In this document: positions 56,792-64,000 of the stretch, one piece after another | How the letters are laid out: the number at the start of each line of letters is the position of its first letter | Position numbering within the stretch: the first letter of the stretch is position 1 | IMG/VR virus record: IMGVR_UViG_3300037225_001188 | Location: 1-64,000 of that record | Direction: 5' to 3' (one strand) | Length of the DNA stretch: 64,000 nt | From: a virus | The notes under the pieces: generated by a model | Database searches by the model: none | What the model was told of the DNA's origin: nothing | What the model saw: only the letters and a program-made list of their open reading frames with translations | Made by a program: the position numbers and the translations under genes

Positions 56792-58009
56792 TCAGTTCCC
56801 CTTGGTGAAGACGCCGAGCTGCGCCAGCGCGACCGCGTTCGAGTACACGTTGCCGCCGCTCATCGTCAGGCGCAGCGACACCTCGTGGCCCACGGGACCG
56901 CTGTTCTGCACGACGACCTTGACCTTGCCGCTCACCATCGGCTTGCCGCTGAGGCCCATCGCGCTCATCCGCAGCACGGCCTCGCGTGCCGCCGCCTCGC
57001 TGCTCGTGAACAGCATGGTGCCGTCAGTCTCGACGAGCTGCTGCTGGAAGCAGGCCCCGCCGAAGGACAGGCGCAGGCCCTCGGGCGACGCGGCCGCCGC
57101 CTTGACCTCGGGCGCCGTCTCCGCCACCGGCGTCGAGCCGTTGCCGCCGCGGTGGAGGACGACGCTCTTGCGGATGTCCAGCATGGCGTTCACCTTGATA
57201 TCCAGGTCGGCAAGGACCTTGACTGCCTGTTCCACGCCGATGCCGAGCGCCGCCTTGTACAGACCAGCACGCTCGCGCAGGGCCTGGTACTCCTCGAGCC
57301 GCTTGGTGTATGTCGACGGCTTCTGCGTCCCGTCGAACGCCGCCGCCTCCTCCTCCAGCTTCTGGAGCTGCTCGGCCAGGCTCTCGCTGGCCACGGCCTG
57401 GACGACGACCTGGGCCTCGGCCTCCACCTCGCAGAGGACGAGGTCGATGCCGACCTCGGAGATGAACGCGCCGAAGCGTCGGATGGCGTCGAGGCGCTGC
57501 GGCGGCGCCCAGTAGATGCGGCCGTCGCCGCGCACCCGGGAGGCGTCGTGCGCCTCGAAGTAGGCGGAGATGGACTTGGTCCAATCGTCGGCGACCACCT
57601 TCCCGCGCAGGTCCTGGTACTTCACCGCCACCCGCTTGGCGACGTCGTGCTCGCCTTGGACGACGCTCGGGTCCGGCTCGGCCTGCCACCGCAGGGCGGC
57701 GAGGAACTCCGGGTTCTGCCCCTGCGCCAGCTTCACCTTGTCAGCCTCGACGATACCCCATGTCACCTCGTCCCCCTTCTGGACGATCGGAAGCAGCACC
57801 AGGTTCTCCTTCTGCTGGAGGCCCGCCTTCACGCTGTCGATGGCCCGGCTGACGGCGGTGCGGTCGCCAGCGTAGCTGGGGATGTACTTCTCGTCGATGC
57901 CGTGCTTGACGGCGAGGGCCGCGACCTCCTCGGTGGAGACGGCGTTGATGCCGCGGGCGCGGGTGAACACGAACGCGCCCTGAGAGAACTTGCTGGTCGT
58001 GGTTGCCAT
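56792..58009 (-). CDS. DUF6744-like protein associated with MoxR/VWA phage clusters
   Basis: hairpin leader; R..G..Y..P motif; context. Confidence 0.55.
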   Translation of the reverse strand: MATTTSKFSQGAFVFTRARGINAVSTEEVAALAVKHGIDEKYIPSYAGDRTAVSRAIDSVKAGLQQKENLVLLPIVQKGDEVTWGIVEADKVKLAQGQNPEFLAALRWQAEPDPSVVQGEHDVAKRVAVKYQDLRGKVVADDWTKSISAYFEAHDASRVRGDGRIYWAPPQRLDAIRRFGAFISEVGIDLVLCEVEAEAQVVVQAVASESLAEQLQKLEEEAAAFDGTQKPSTYTKRLEEYQALRERAGLYKAALGIGVEQAVKVLADLDIKVNAMLDIRKSVVLHRGGNGSTPVAETAPEVKAAAASPEGLRLSFGGACFQQQLVETDGTMLFTSSEAAAREAVLRMSAMGLSGKPMVSGKVKVVVQNSGPVGHEVSLRLTMSGGNVYSNAVALAQLGVFTKGN

Positions 58010-58066
58010 GTTGCTTGGTCCCTTCTCCCGGCGAGGAGCGCCGGGGTGTGAGGTGGGTGGGCCTAC

Positions 58067-58117
58067 TTACTCGCGGCAAGAGGGCCGCCGCCTTTAGGCG
58101 GTGGATGAATTGCCGCA
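58067..58117 (+). mobile_element. IS200/IS605-end-like nested hairpin
   Basis: outer GCGGCAA/TTGCCGC, inner CCGCCGCC-TTTA-GGCGGTGG. Confidence 0.55.
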
Positions 58118-58195
58118 GGGAATGTAGCTGGACTCCGGGTCCGTGGTGCGCTTCTTGCCCTTGAAGAAGTACCTGACGATCTTGTAGGTCATCAG

Positions 58196-58786
58196 CTACG
58201 CCTCCATCAGCAGTTGCGATAGGCACGCGAGGGCGGAATCCATGAATGCAGCCCTCGCCACAGCCCACGCCGCAGCCCCCGCCGCAGCCCCCGCCGCAGC
58301 CGACGCCGCAGCCCCCGCCGCATCCCACGCCGCAGCCCCCGCCGCAGCCCCCGCCGCAGCCCCCGCCGCAGCCCCCGCCGCATCCCACGCCGCATCCCAC
58401 GCCGCAGCCGACGCCGCATCCGACGCCGCATCCCACGCCGCAGCCCCCGCCGACGCCGCATCCCACGCCGCATCCGCCATCTCCTCTTGGCTCACGCTCT
58501 CCGGGTCCTCGACGCACCGCCGCACGACCGCGAGGCACTGCGCCACGCGCGGATCGGTGCTTAGGTGCGCAACCTGCTCCGCGCACCAGAGCGCGTACGC
58601 CCGCTGGGACCCCGGCCCTTCGTCGGACAGGACGTGCCAGAGCCACCACGAGTCTAGCCCCTCAGCGGCGAGGTCGAACAGCGTCTCCACCGTCGGCTCG
58701 CAGCCGGCGGGATAGAGGTTCTTGAAGGCGTCGCGCTGCCCCTCGCAGGCGCCGTGCTTCACGAGCAGGTCGTAGGTGATCTTCAT
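58196..58786 (-). CDS. phage protein with AAWD/AAGA repeats
   Basis: GAC.EG motif, Ala-rich repeats. Confidence 0.75.
   Translation of the reverse strand: MKITYDLLVKHGACEGQRDAFKNLYPAGCEPTVETLFDLAAEGLDSWWLWHVLSDEGPGSQRAYALWCAEQVAHLSTDPRVAQCLAVVRRCVEDPESVSQEEMADAAWDAASAGAAAWDAASDAASAAAWDAAWDAAGAAAGAAAGAAAGAAAWDAAGAAASAAAGAAAGAAAWAVARAAFMDSALACLSQLLMEA
58260..58478. repeat. 12-bp coding tandem repeat (GCCGCA(G/T)CC(C/G)(A/C)C)
   Basis: about 17 degenerate units encoding Ala-rich tetrapeptides. Confidence 0.9.
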
Positions 58787-58798
58787 GGCCGGTCTCCT

Positions 58799-59173
58799 TT
58801 ACGCCTGGTTCAAGCTGCGGAGGTAGCGGAGGTAGTGGACGCTCTCGACGATGGCGTCCTGCATGAGGCTCGCCTCGTACCGCGCGCTGCACGCCGCGGC
58901 GATGAACTGCGCCTGCGACCGGTGGTTCTTCTTCGCCTTGGCCGCCTGTTCCAGGGCCGCCATCTCCTGCCGGTGGGCCGCGACCTTCGCCATGATCGCC
59001 ACGTCCCGCTCGTACTTCGCTGCCCGCACGGCCCGGCGGCGGGCGAGGTAGGCGGAGTCGAGGTCGCGGAGCCACGCCATGATGGTGGTTACGGCCATGA
59101 CCGCGGGGTTGCTCTGGAGGATGCGGTTGCCGATGGAGACGGTCATGTTCTGCTTCATGTTCTGCATTTGCAT
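58799..59173 (-). CDS. hypothetical protein
   Basis: hairpin-AGAAGG leader. Confidence 0.65.
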   Translation of the reverse strand: MQMQNMKQNMTVSIGNRILQSNPAVMAVTTIMAWLRDLDSAYLARRRAVRAAKYERDVAIMAKVAAHRQEMAALEQAAKAKKNHRSQAQFIAAACSARYEASLMQDAIVESVHYLRYLRSLNQA

Positions 59174-59280
59174 GGTCCTTCTCCAGGCTCGACGGCCTGG
59201 TGTTGTTGCTTGACAACTGCTGCGTGTAGCGGTAGGTTAGCGCTGTTCACTTGGCCAAACAAGAATACAGGAGCTACGAG

Positions 59281-59493
59281 ATGGCGACGAAGAAGACCGA
59301 AGGCAAGATGCGGCGCGGCATGCAGTTCGTGCTCGGCGAGGACGGGCAGCCGGTGCGGTGCCCGAAGTGCAAGCAGAAGATCCGCGAGGTGAGCCCGAAG
59401 AAGCTGCTCACCAAGGAGGAGGTCATCAAGCGAGAGGCCAGGATCGCCAAGATGCAGGCGAACCTGGAGGAGATCAAGCTCATCAACAAGTAG
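59281..59493 (+). CDS. small basic Zn-ribbon protein with own promoter (TTGACA-N17-TAGGTT at 59210-59238)
   Basis: AGGAG RBS, CPKC. Confidence 0.7.
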   Translation: MATKKTEGKMRRGMQFVLGEDGQPVRCPKCKQKIREVSPKKLLTKEEVIKREARIAKMQANLEEIKLINK

Positions 59494-59554
59494 CACCACC
59501 GCTCCACGATGAGGGCGAGCCGTCTCGCCCCCACCATGCAACGCTAGGTACTGC

Positions 59555-60070
59555 CTACCCCTCCACCATTAGCACGGTGTTCTCTCCCGGCACCCACATG
59601 GTCATCAGCACCTTGGTGATGCCGAAGTCCCGCAGGTTGGCGAGCTGGTTCTCCAGGCTGTGGCGCCTGGTGGACAGCTCGACCTCCCGCTCGAAGGCGT
59701 CGAGGAACTCGGGCTGGCTGACCGAGTAGAGCCACTTCCTGGCAGTGGCCTCGGCCAACTGGAGGATCGTCTCGTGGAGCTTCTCCTGTATGATGGCCTT
59801 GGCCTGGGCATAGGTGACACCGATCGGAGACATGGTGGTGGCCTTTCTCCGGCGTGGAGCGCCGGCTTTGCGGAGCTGCTGGCTGGTCTGGCTGCGGACG
59901 TCGAGGTAGAAGCGGAGCCCCTTCATGCTGAGGCCGTCGCAGTTCTCTGGGACCTCGGCGATGCAGGCGACGGCCCGCTCCTCGACCCAGAGGTCCTGCT
60001 GCACGGAGAGGCAGAGCACGAGGACGATGGCGGGGAGCAGGGCGGACGCGAGCATGACGGTCTCGAGCAT
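59555..60070 (-). CDS. TM protein in frame with a second protein starting at 59833
   Basis: hairpin-AGAAAGG leader inside the ORF before ATG 59833. Confidence 0.55.
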   Translation of the reverse strand: MLETVMLASALLPAIVLVLCLSVQQDLWVEERAVACIAEVPENCDGLSMKGLRFYLDVRSQTSQQLRKAGAPRRRKATTMSPIGVTYAQAKAIIQEKLHETILQLAEATARKWLYSVSQPEFLDAFEREVELSTRRHSLENQLANLRDFGITKVLMTMWVPGENTVLMVEG

Positions 60071-60114
60071 GGGTGAGCCCTTCTCCGGCGTCAGGCGCCG
60101 GGCTTGACGTATGG

Positions 60115-60166
60115 CGTTGGCCCGCGGCGGCCGGAGTCGAACCGGCCTGACCTCACCGTCCGCGGG
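60115..60166 (-). ncRNA. tRNA-like minihelix A
   Basis: CCCGCGG-N12-GGCCGG-TTCGACT-CCGGCC-G-CCGCGGG-CCAACG. Confidence 0.65.
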
Positions 60167-60173
60167 ATGCTAC

Positions 60174-60446
60174 CTACTCGGTCTCGAGCCCGGCGAGCGC
60201 GAAGATCTCCTCCTTCTCGTCGTCATCTAGCCCCTCCCCGTACTGCTCGATCAGCACGGCCGGGTCCCCGATCTCCCAGCGGTGGCCGTTGCTCCACTGC
60301 GAGGGCGTCTCGCAGTACCACGTCCCCTTGCTGGACAGGTACAGGTCCCCGGTGTGGAGGTTGTGCCCGTCGTGGTAGTTCAGGCTCCACGACTTCTTCG
60401 CCTTCTCCGTGTCGAACCTGTGGCCCTCGATCAGAACGATGCTTAT
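60174..60446 (-). CDS. 90-aa phage protein with ATA start, not in ORF track
   Basis: open GC3-rich frame ISIVLIEGHRFDTEKA..LYLSSKGTWY..; stop TAG 60174-60176. Confidence 0.65.
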   Translation of the reverse strand: MSIVLIEGHRFDTEKAKKSWSLNYHDGHNLHTGDLYLSSKGTWYCETPSQWSNGHRWEIGDPAVLIEQYGEGLDDDEKEEIFALAGLETE

Positions 60447-60496
60447 GGTGCTCTCGCTTTCTGGGGGGTTGCCCCTGCCGGGGTTGCCGGCTCTAG

Positions 60497-60545
60497 CCCT
60501 GCCGCCCGGGAGTCGAACCCGGAGCGGTCTCCGATTGCGGCAGGG
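60497..60545 (-). ncRNA. tRNA-like minihelix B
   Basis: CCCTGCCGC-AATCGGAGACCGCT-CCGGG-TTCGACT-CCCGG-GCGGCAGGG. Confidence 0.65.
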
Positions 60546-60553
60546 GTTCTGCG

Positions 60554-61003
60554 CTACGCCGGCTCCTTCGGCGCGGCGAAGCTCTCCGCCGCGGCGGTGG
60601 CGGCCTTGGCGTTCGCGGCGTCGGGCTTCGAGCCGCAGACCACGAGGTTGACGCCGACCTGGTAACCGGTCGCCTTGGTCGTCGAGCCCGGCTTGCTGCC
60701 CATCTTGACGAGGTTGCCGGAGACCTGCAGCGTGACGGGCACGCCGGCGATGGTGGTCTCGACCTTGCCGCCGATGCGGCTCCCGGTCGAGCCGGTCGAG
60801 AACGCCTTGGCCTCGGGCTTGAACTCGACGCCGAGGACCGCGACCTTCTCTGCGGTCGGGCTCTTGCCAGAGGCGTACCAGCCCAGGCTTCCCGTCGAGA
60901 AGCGACGGGGCAAGGCGACGATGCTGGTGTCGTCGATGGCGAGGGCGAGCGGGGCGGCGGCGGCGAGGAACTCGGACTCGGTCATGTTGAACTTGGTGGT
61001 CAT
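60554..61003 (-). CDS. hypothetical protein with duplicated FSTGS.G...GK motif
   Basis: hairpin leader; internal repeat. Confidence 0.7.
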   Translation of the reverse strand: MTTKFNMTESEFLAAAAPLALAIDDTSIVALPRRFSTGSLGWYASGKSPTAEKVAVLGVEFKPEAKAFSTGSTGSRIGGKVETTIAGVPVTLQVSGNLVKMGSKPGSTTKATGYQVGVNLVVCGSKPDAANAKAATAAAESFAAPKEPA

Positions 61004-61085
61004 GTCGTGCTCCTTCTCCCGGTTGGAAGAACTGGGTTGGTCTTGGTCGCTACGCCCGCGGCGAAGCACTCGTCGCAGGCAGCGG

Positions 61086-61124
61086 CCGCCCGTGCCGGAG
61101 TTGAACCGGCGAGCCGTCGGGCGG
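61086..61124 (-). ncRNA. tRNA-like minihelix C
   Basis: CCGCCCG-ACGGCTC-GCCGG-TTCAACT-CCGGC-A-CGGGCGG. Confidence 0.65.
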
Positions 61125-61148
61125 GTGCTACGTTCTCCAGGAACCGTG

Positions 61149-61988
61149 CTACTTGATGAGCGGGTTGCCGTTGCTCCGCAGCCCGCTATCGCTGAGGTAG
61201 CCGTCGTTGCTCAGCTTCACCACCTCCGACGCACGCTCTCGCACCACCTCCGGCGTGAGGCCGGCGAGCATGGAGAGAAACGCAGCCGGCACCGACCCGC
61301 ACTGCGTCACGTTCTTCGGGTCGATGAGGCGGATGTACATGTGCCCCAGCTCGAGGTGCAGCTCCATCACCACCAGCCGCCCGGCCACGTCCTCGGACCC
61401 GGTGACCCGCCCCATGACGAGGCCGGTTGCGTGACCCTCGGTCCCGCCGACGAACGTGACCTTGTAGCCGATCATGGAGCCGACCGCCGCCTCGTGGCTG
61501 CTCAGGCTGCCGGTGCTGATGCCCGGCAGGTACACCTCGCGGCTGTCGAAGTCGAGGTCGCGGCAGTACTGGACGCCGCGCAGCAGGTGCTTCTTGACGG
61601 ACGCCTGCGGCTGCCGGCTCTTGAGCAGGGCCTTGCCCCACTCGTGCAGCGTCAGGCCCTCTGACCCGGCGGAGTTGTGCCCGCCCTCGCCCTTCCAGTA
61701 CGCCTCCTCGATCTCCGGCGGCAGCTTGGTGAGGCAGCCGCGGTTCCAGGAGCGCACCTCGTAGAGGCTCAGCGGCAGGCCGTCGCCGCCGTAGGTCCCG
61801 CTGAGGGAGACCTCCTGGTCGCCGAGGTGCAGCGTGCCGCCCATGAATTGGCCGCACTGGCGCATGGAGACGTGGCGCACGATGCCGTAGAGGCCCTCCT
61901 TCTTGCTACCGAAGAGGACGAGGAACTGTCCGGCGGCAAGCTGCTCGCCGTCCTTGCTGTAGCCCCTGCGCGAGTTGGTGATGAACAT
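61149..61988 (-). CDS. hypothetical protein (GGHNSAGSEG motif)
   Basis: hairpin-AGAAGGAG leader. Confidence 0.7.
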   Translation of the reverse strand: MFITNSRRGYSKDGEQLAAGQFLVLFGSKKEGLYGIVRHVSMRQCGQFMGGTLHLGDQEVSLSGTYGGDGLPLSLYEVRSWNRGCLTKLPPEIEEAYWKGEGGHNSAGSEGLTLHEWGKALLKSRQPQASVKKHLLRGVQYCRDLDFDSREVYLPGISTGSLSSHEAAVGSMIGYKVTFVGGTEGHATGLVMGRVTGSEDVAGRLVVMELHLELGHMYIRLIDPKNVTQCGSVPAAFLSMLAGLTPEVVRERASEVVKLSNDGYLSDSGLRSNGNPLIK

Positions 61989-62024
61989 CTGCGTGCTCCT
62001 TCTCCCGGCTCGTGGCCGGGTGAA

Positions 62025-62074
62025 CGTTGGTCGGGCCGGCGCGAGTCGGACGCGCCTCGGTCTCCGATGGCCCG
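62025..62074 (-). ncRNA. tRNA-like minihelix D
   Basis: CGGGCC-ATCGGAGACCGA-GGCGCG-TCCGACT-CGCGCC-GGCCCG-ACCAACG. Confidence 0.65.
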
Positions 62075-62082
62075 CACAGCAA

Positions 62083-62115
62083 GGAGCCCCGGCAACATCA
62101 CGCTGCCGGGGCTCC
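62083..62115 (-). terminator. strong GC hairpin, possible terminator or processing stem
   Basis: GGAGCCCCGGCA / TGCCGGGGCTCC 12-bp perfect stem; weak U tract. Confidence 0.45.
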
Positions 62116-62348
62116 GGTACTTCGTCCACGGTTCCATGTCGGTGAGGCCAGGGTCCGCAGCGGACCTACCATCCTCACCCTGCAGCATCTATCGGCGCTC
62201 GCCTCTAGGCGGGGGTGCCAGCCCGTGCGCGCCTCAGCGTCTCAACTCCTGCCGTCTCGTGGTGGCCGGTCGCTTGGAGCAACTCATGGTGTCGGGCTCG
62301 TGCCCATCCAACAGAGGCCCCAGCGTACCATGCCGGTGGAGTGATGGT

Positions 62349-62600
62349 CTAGTCGTCGCCCCGCTTGCGTCGCGCCTCGCAGTACGAGCGCAGGATGGAG
62401 TAGCGCTCAGGGTGCATCTTGATGAGCTGCTCCACCTCGCTCAGCGTGAGCGGGTTGGGCCCCGTCTGCACCTCGTTGAAGGTGCGGAGGACGATGCGGA
62501 TGCGTTCATCGGCGTTCTGGCACATGCGCTTCTGGCCGGCGGTCGTGGCGTTGAACGCCTTCTCGATCTTCGCGTTGAGGCACATGCTACTCGTCCTCAT
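62349..62600 (-). CDS. hypothetical protein
   Basis: ORF. Confidence 0.55.
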   Translation of the reverse strand: MRTSSMCLNAKIEKAFNATTAGQKRMCQNADERIRIVLRTFNEVQTGPNPLTLSEVEQLIKMHPERYSILRSYCEARRKRGDD

Positions 62601-63012
62601 TGCTCTCTTTGCCGCACTCGCAGTCGTCCTCGAACTCGCCGCACTCCGAGCAGCCGTGGTGCTCCTTGAGCTGGGAGACCACCGCCTCCTCGGTGTCGCC
62701 GGTCTCCCAGTCGGTGCAGTCGAGGTAGCCGGGCGCGCTCATCCGCCCGACCCAGCCGTGGCAGCGCTCGATGGAGTACGCCTTCCGGTTCTCGCAGTAG
62801 TCGGCCAGCTCGGGCGGGACGAGGAAGGGGCCGTCCGGGTACTCGACCCGGACCCAGCTGCCGGCCGGGTCGCTCTCCGTGACCTCGGCGTCGTGCCGCA
62901 TCTCCGGGGTCGGGGTGAAGTCGGCCACGTCGCACGGGATGACGTCGGTGCCTGACGGGCCGTCGACCAGCAGGTAGTCGGTCTCGTAGGCGGTCGGCTG
63001 CATGAAGCTCAT
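62587..63012 (-). CDS. conserved phage protein (R.SAPGYLDCTDW motif)
   Basis: GGAGG RBS, motif. Confidence 0.75.
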   Translation of the reverse strand: MSFMQPTAYETDYLLVDGPSGTDVIPCDVADFTPTPEMRHDAEVTESDPAGSWVRVEYPDGPFLVPPELADYCENRKAYSIERCHGWVGRMSAPGYLDCTDWETGDTEEAVVSQLKEHHGCSECGEFEDDCECGKESNEDE

Positions 63013-63503
63013 GGTCTCCTCCAGTTGTACACCGCGGCCCCGAGCCGGCGGTTCATCTCCAGGTACACGTCGAGCGGGGCGTACATCAGGCCGCCCCACG
63101 TGCCGTCCGCCCGCGGTGGCTCGTCGCGCCCCGGCACGCACAGCGGGAGCTTCAGCGTCGCCATGATGTGGCCATCGTCGATGACCATGGTGTTGACGCC
63201 CGGCACGCCGCAGATCAACGCGGCCTTGACGCGGCCGTTCCGCATCCCGCCGTAGCCCTGGTGACTGACGGTGGAGTCGGGGCCCGTGCGGTACTCGATG
63301 CTGTACCCGCCGCGGCCCACGTGAAAGTGCCCGCCGGCGGCCGCGGCCCGGAGCATCCTGAGGTCGCTGCGCATACTCTCCCGCTCCAGGCCGGCGGCCT
63401 TCTCCACCTGCCCGTCCTCACGGAGCTTGCGGTAGTACCACCAGCCCTTGGCCTCCCGGCGGAGTAGCCGGAGGAGGTGGTGGGCCCGGCGTGCGGTGGT
63501 CAT
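63009..63503 (-). CDS. hypothetical protein
   Basis: TGATG coupling. Confidence 0.6.
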   Translation of the reverse strand: MTTARRAHHLLRLLRREAKGWWYYRKLREDGQVEKAAGLERESMRSDLRMLRAAAAGGHFHVGRGGYSIEYRTGPDSTVSHQGYGGMRNGRVKAALICGVPGVNTMVIDDGHIMATLKLPLCVPGRDEPPRADGTWGGLMYAPLDVYLEMNRRLGAAVYNWRRP

Positions 63504-63982
63504 CACAGCACGCCCCGGTCGGTCAGGCTCACGTAGTTGTCGCCGCCGATGATGCAGTGATCCAACAGCAGGATGCCGAGGAGCTGACCGCACTCCTTGA
63601 GCCGGCTCGTCAGGGCGAGGTCGTCGCCGGATGGCTCCGGGTCGCCGCTCGGGTGGTTGTGCACGGCGAACCAGGCCGCGGCCGCGGCGGAGATGAGCGG
63701 GCGGAACACCTCGCGTGGGTGGACGTCCACCTGCGCGAGCGTGCCGCGGCTGACCTCGAAGCACGCCTTGACGCGGTGCTTGCTGTCGAGCGCCAGGGCG
63801 AAGAAGCTCTCCTGCTCGCGCGTCGGCAGGTCCGGGTAGCGCTGCAGGACGAACTCGTAGACTTGCTGCGGGCTGCGTAGGCGATCGGAGAGCGGGCGAG
63901 GGCGAGCGTAGCGCACCACCTCGGCCTCCGCGAGGAAGGTGCGGGCGGCCTCCACGGCCGCGGCAAATGACCTCTGGGCCAT
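63503..63982 (-). CDS. radC: RadC-like JAB domain protein
   Basis: QESF, HPREVF, HNHPSGDPEPS..D, LLDH. Confidence 0.93.
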   Translation of the reverse strand: MAQRSFAAAVEAARTFLAEAEVVRYARPRPLSDRLRSPQQVYEFVLQRYPDLPTREQESFFALALDSKHRVKACFEVSRGTLAQVDVHPREVFRPLISAAAAAWFAVHNHPSGDPEPSGDDLALTSRLKECGQLLGILLLDHCIIGGDNYVSLTDRGVL

Positions 63983-64000
63983 GCTGCTCCTGTCTCCGGG

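Noticed and set aside
58260-58478. CRISPR or DGR-like repeat
   Set aside because: Simple 12-bp coding repeat for Ala-rich tetrapeptides; no reverse transcriptase or adenine-specific variation.
56552-62074. Canonical tRNA genes (GGTTCGACTCC T-loops)
   Set aside because: No D arm or anticodon arm and only 35-50 nt long; reported as minihelices instead.
62120-62345. Hammerhead or other self-cleaving ribozyme
   Set aside because: Could not find the CUGANGA/GAAA core in a proper stem context.

Overview
GC-rich segment of what appears to be a large tailed phage or prophage. A Myxococcota-like host is inferred from codon usage and a myxobacterial-type SspB. No recognisable capsid or terminase genes lie in this window. 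Bases 1-37.9 kb are a + strand replication, recombination and nucleotide-metabolism block: SF2 helicase, iteron-containing HTH initiator, DnaC-like loader, DnaB, primase, sigma factor, a naturally split DnaE, SSB, RecA, SbcCD, dCMP deaminase, Holliday resolvase and 5'-3' exonuclease, plus amidase, SLT and SspB. Bases 38.1-64 kb are a convergent - strand block of mostly small early/accessory genes (TSCPD, SNF2, VWA+MoxR, RadC). Mobile DNA includes a 5.37-kb TIR/TSD-bounded DDE transposon carrying a type II R-M pair, an 86-bp MITE of the same family, a TnpB-only IS200/IS605 element and two orphan IS605-like left ends. The most striking unexplained signal is five intergenic tRNA-minihelix structures (acceptor-like stem + T-arm, no D or anticodon arm, covarying stems) that punctuate the - strand early operon, together with at least 11 hairpin-AGAAGG translation leaders. 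Also notable are AT-shifted synonymous patches located at conserved catalytic motifs of the replication genes. All calls come from reading the sequence by eye; no searches or folding programs were run.
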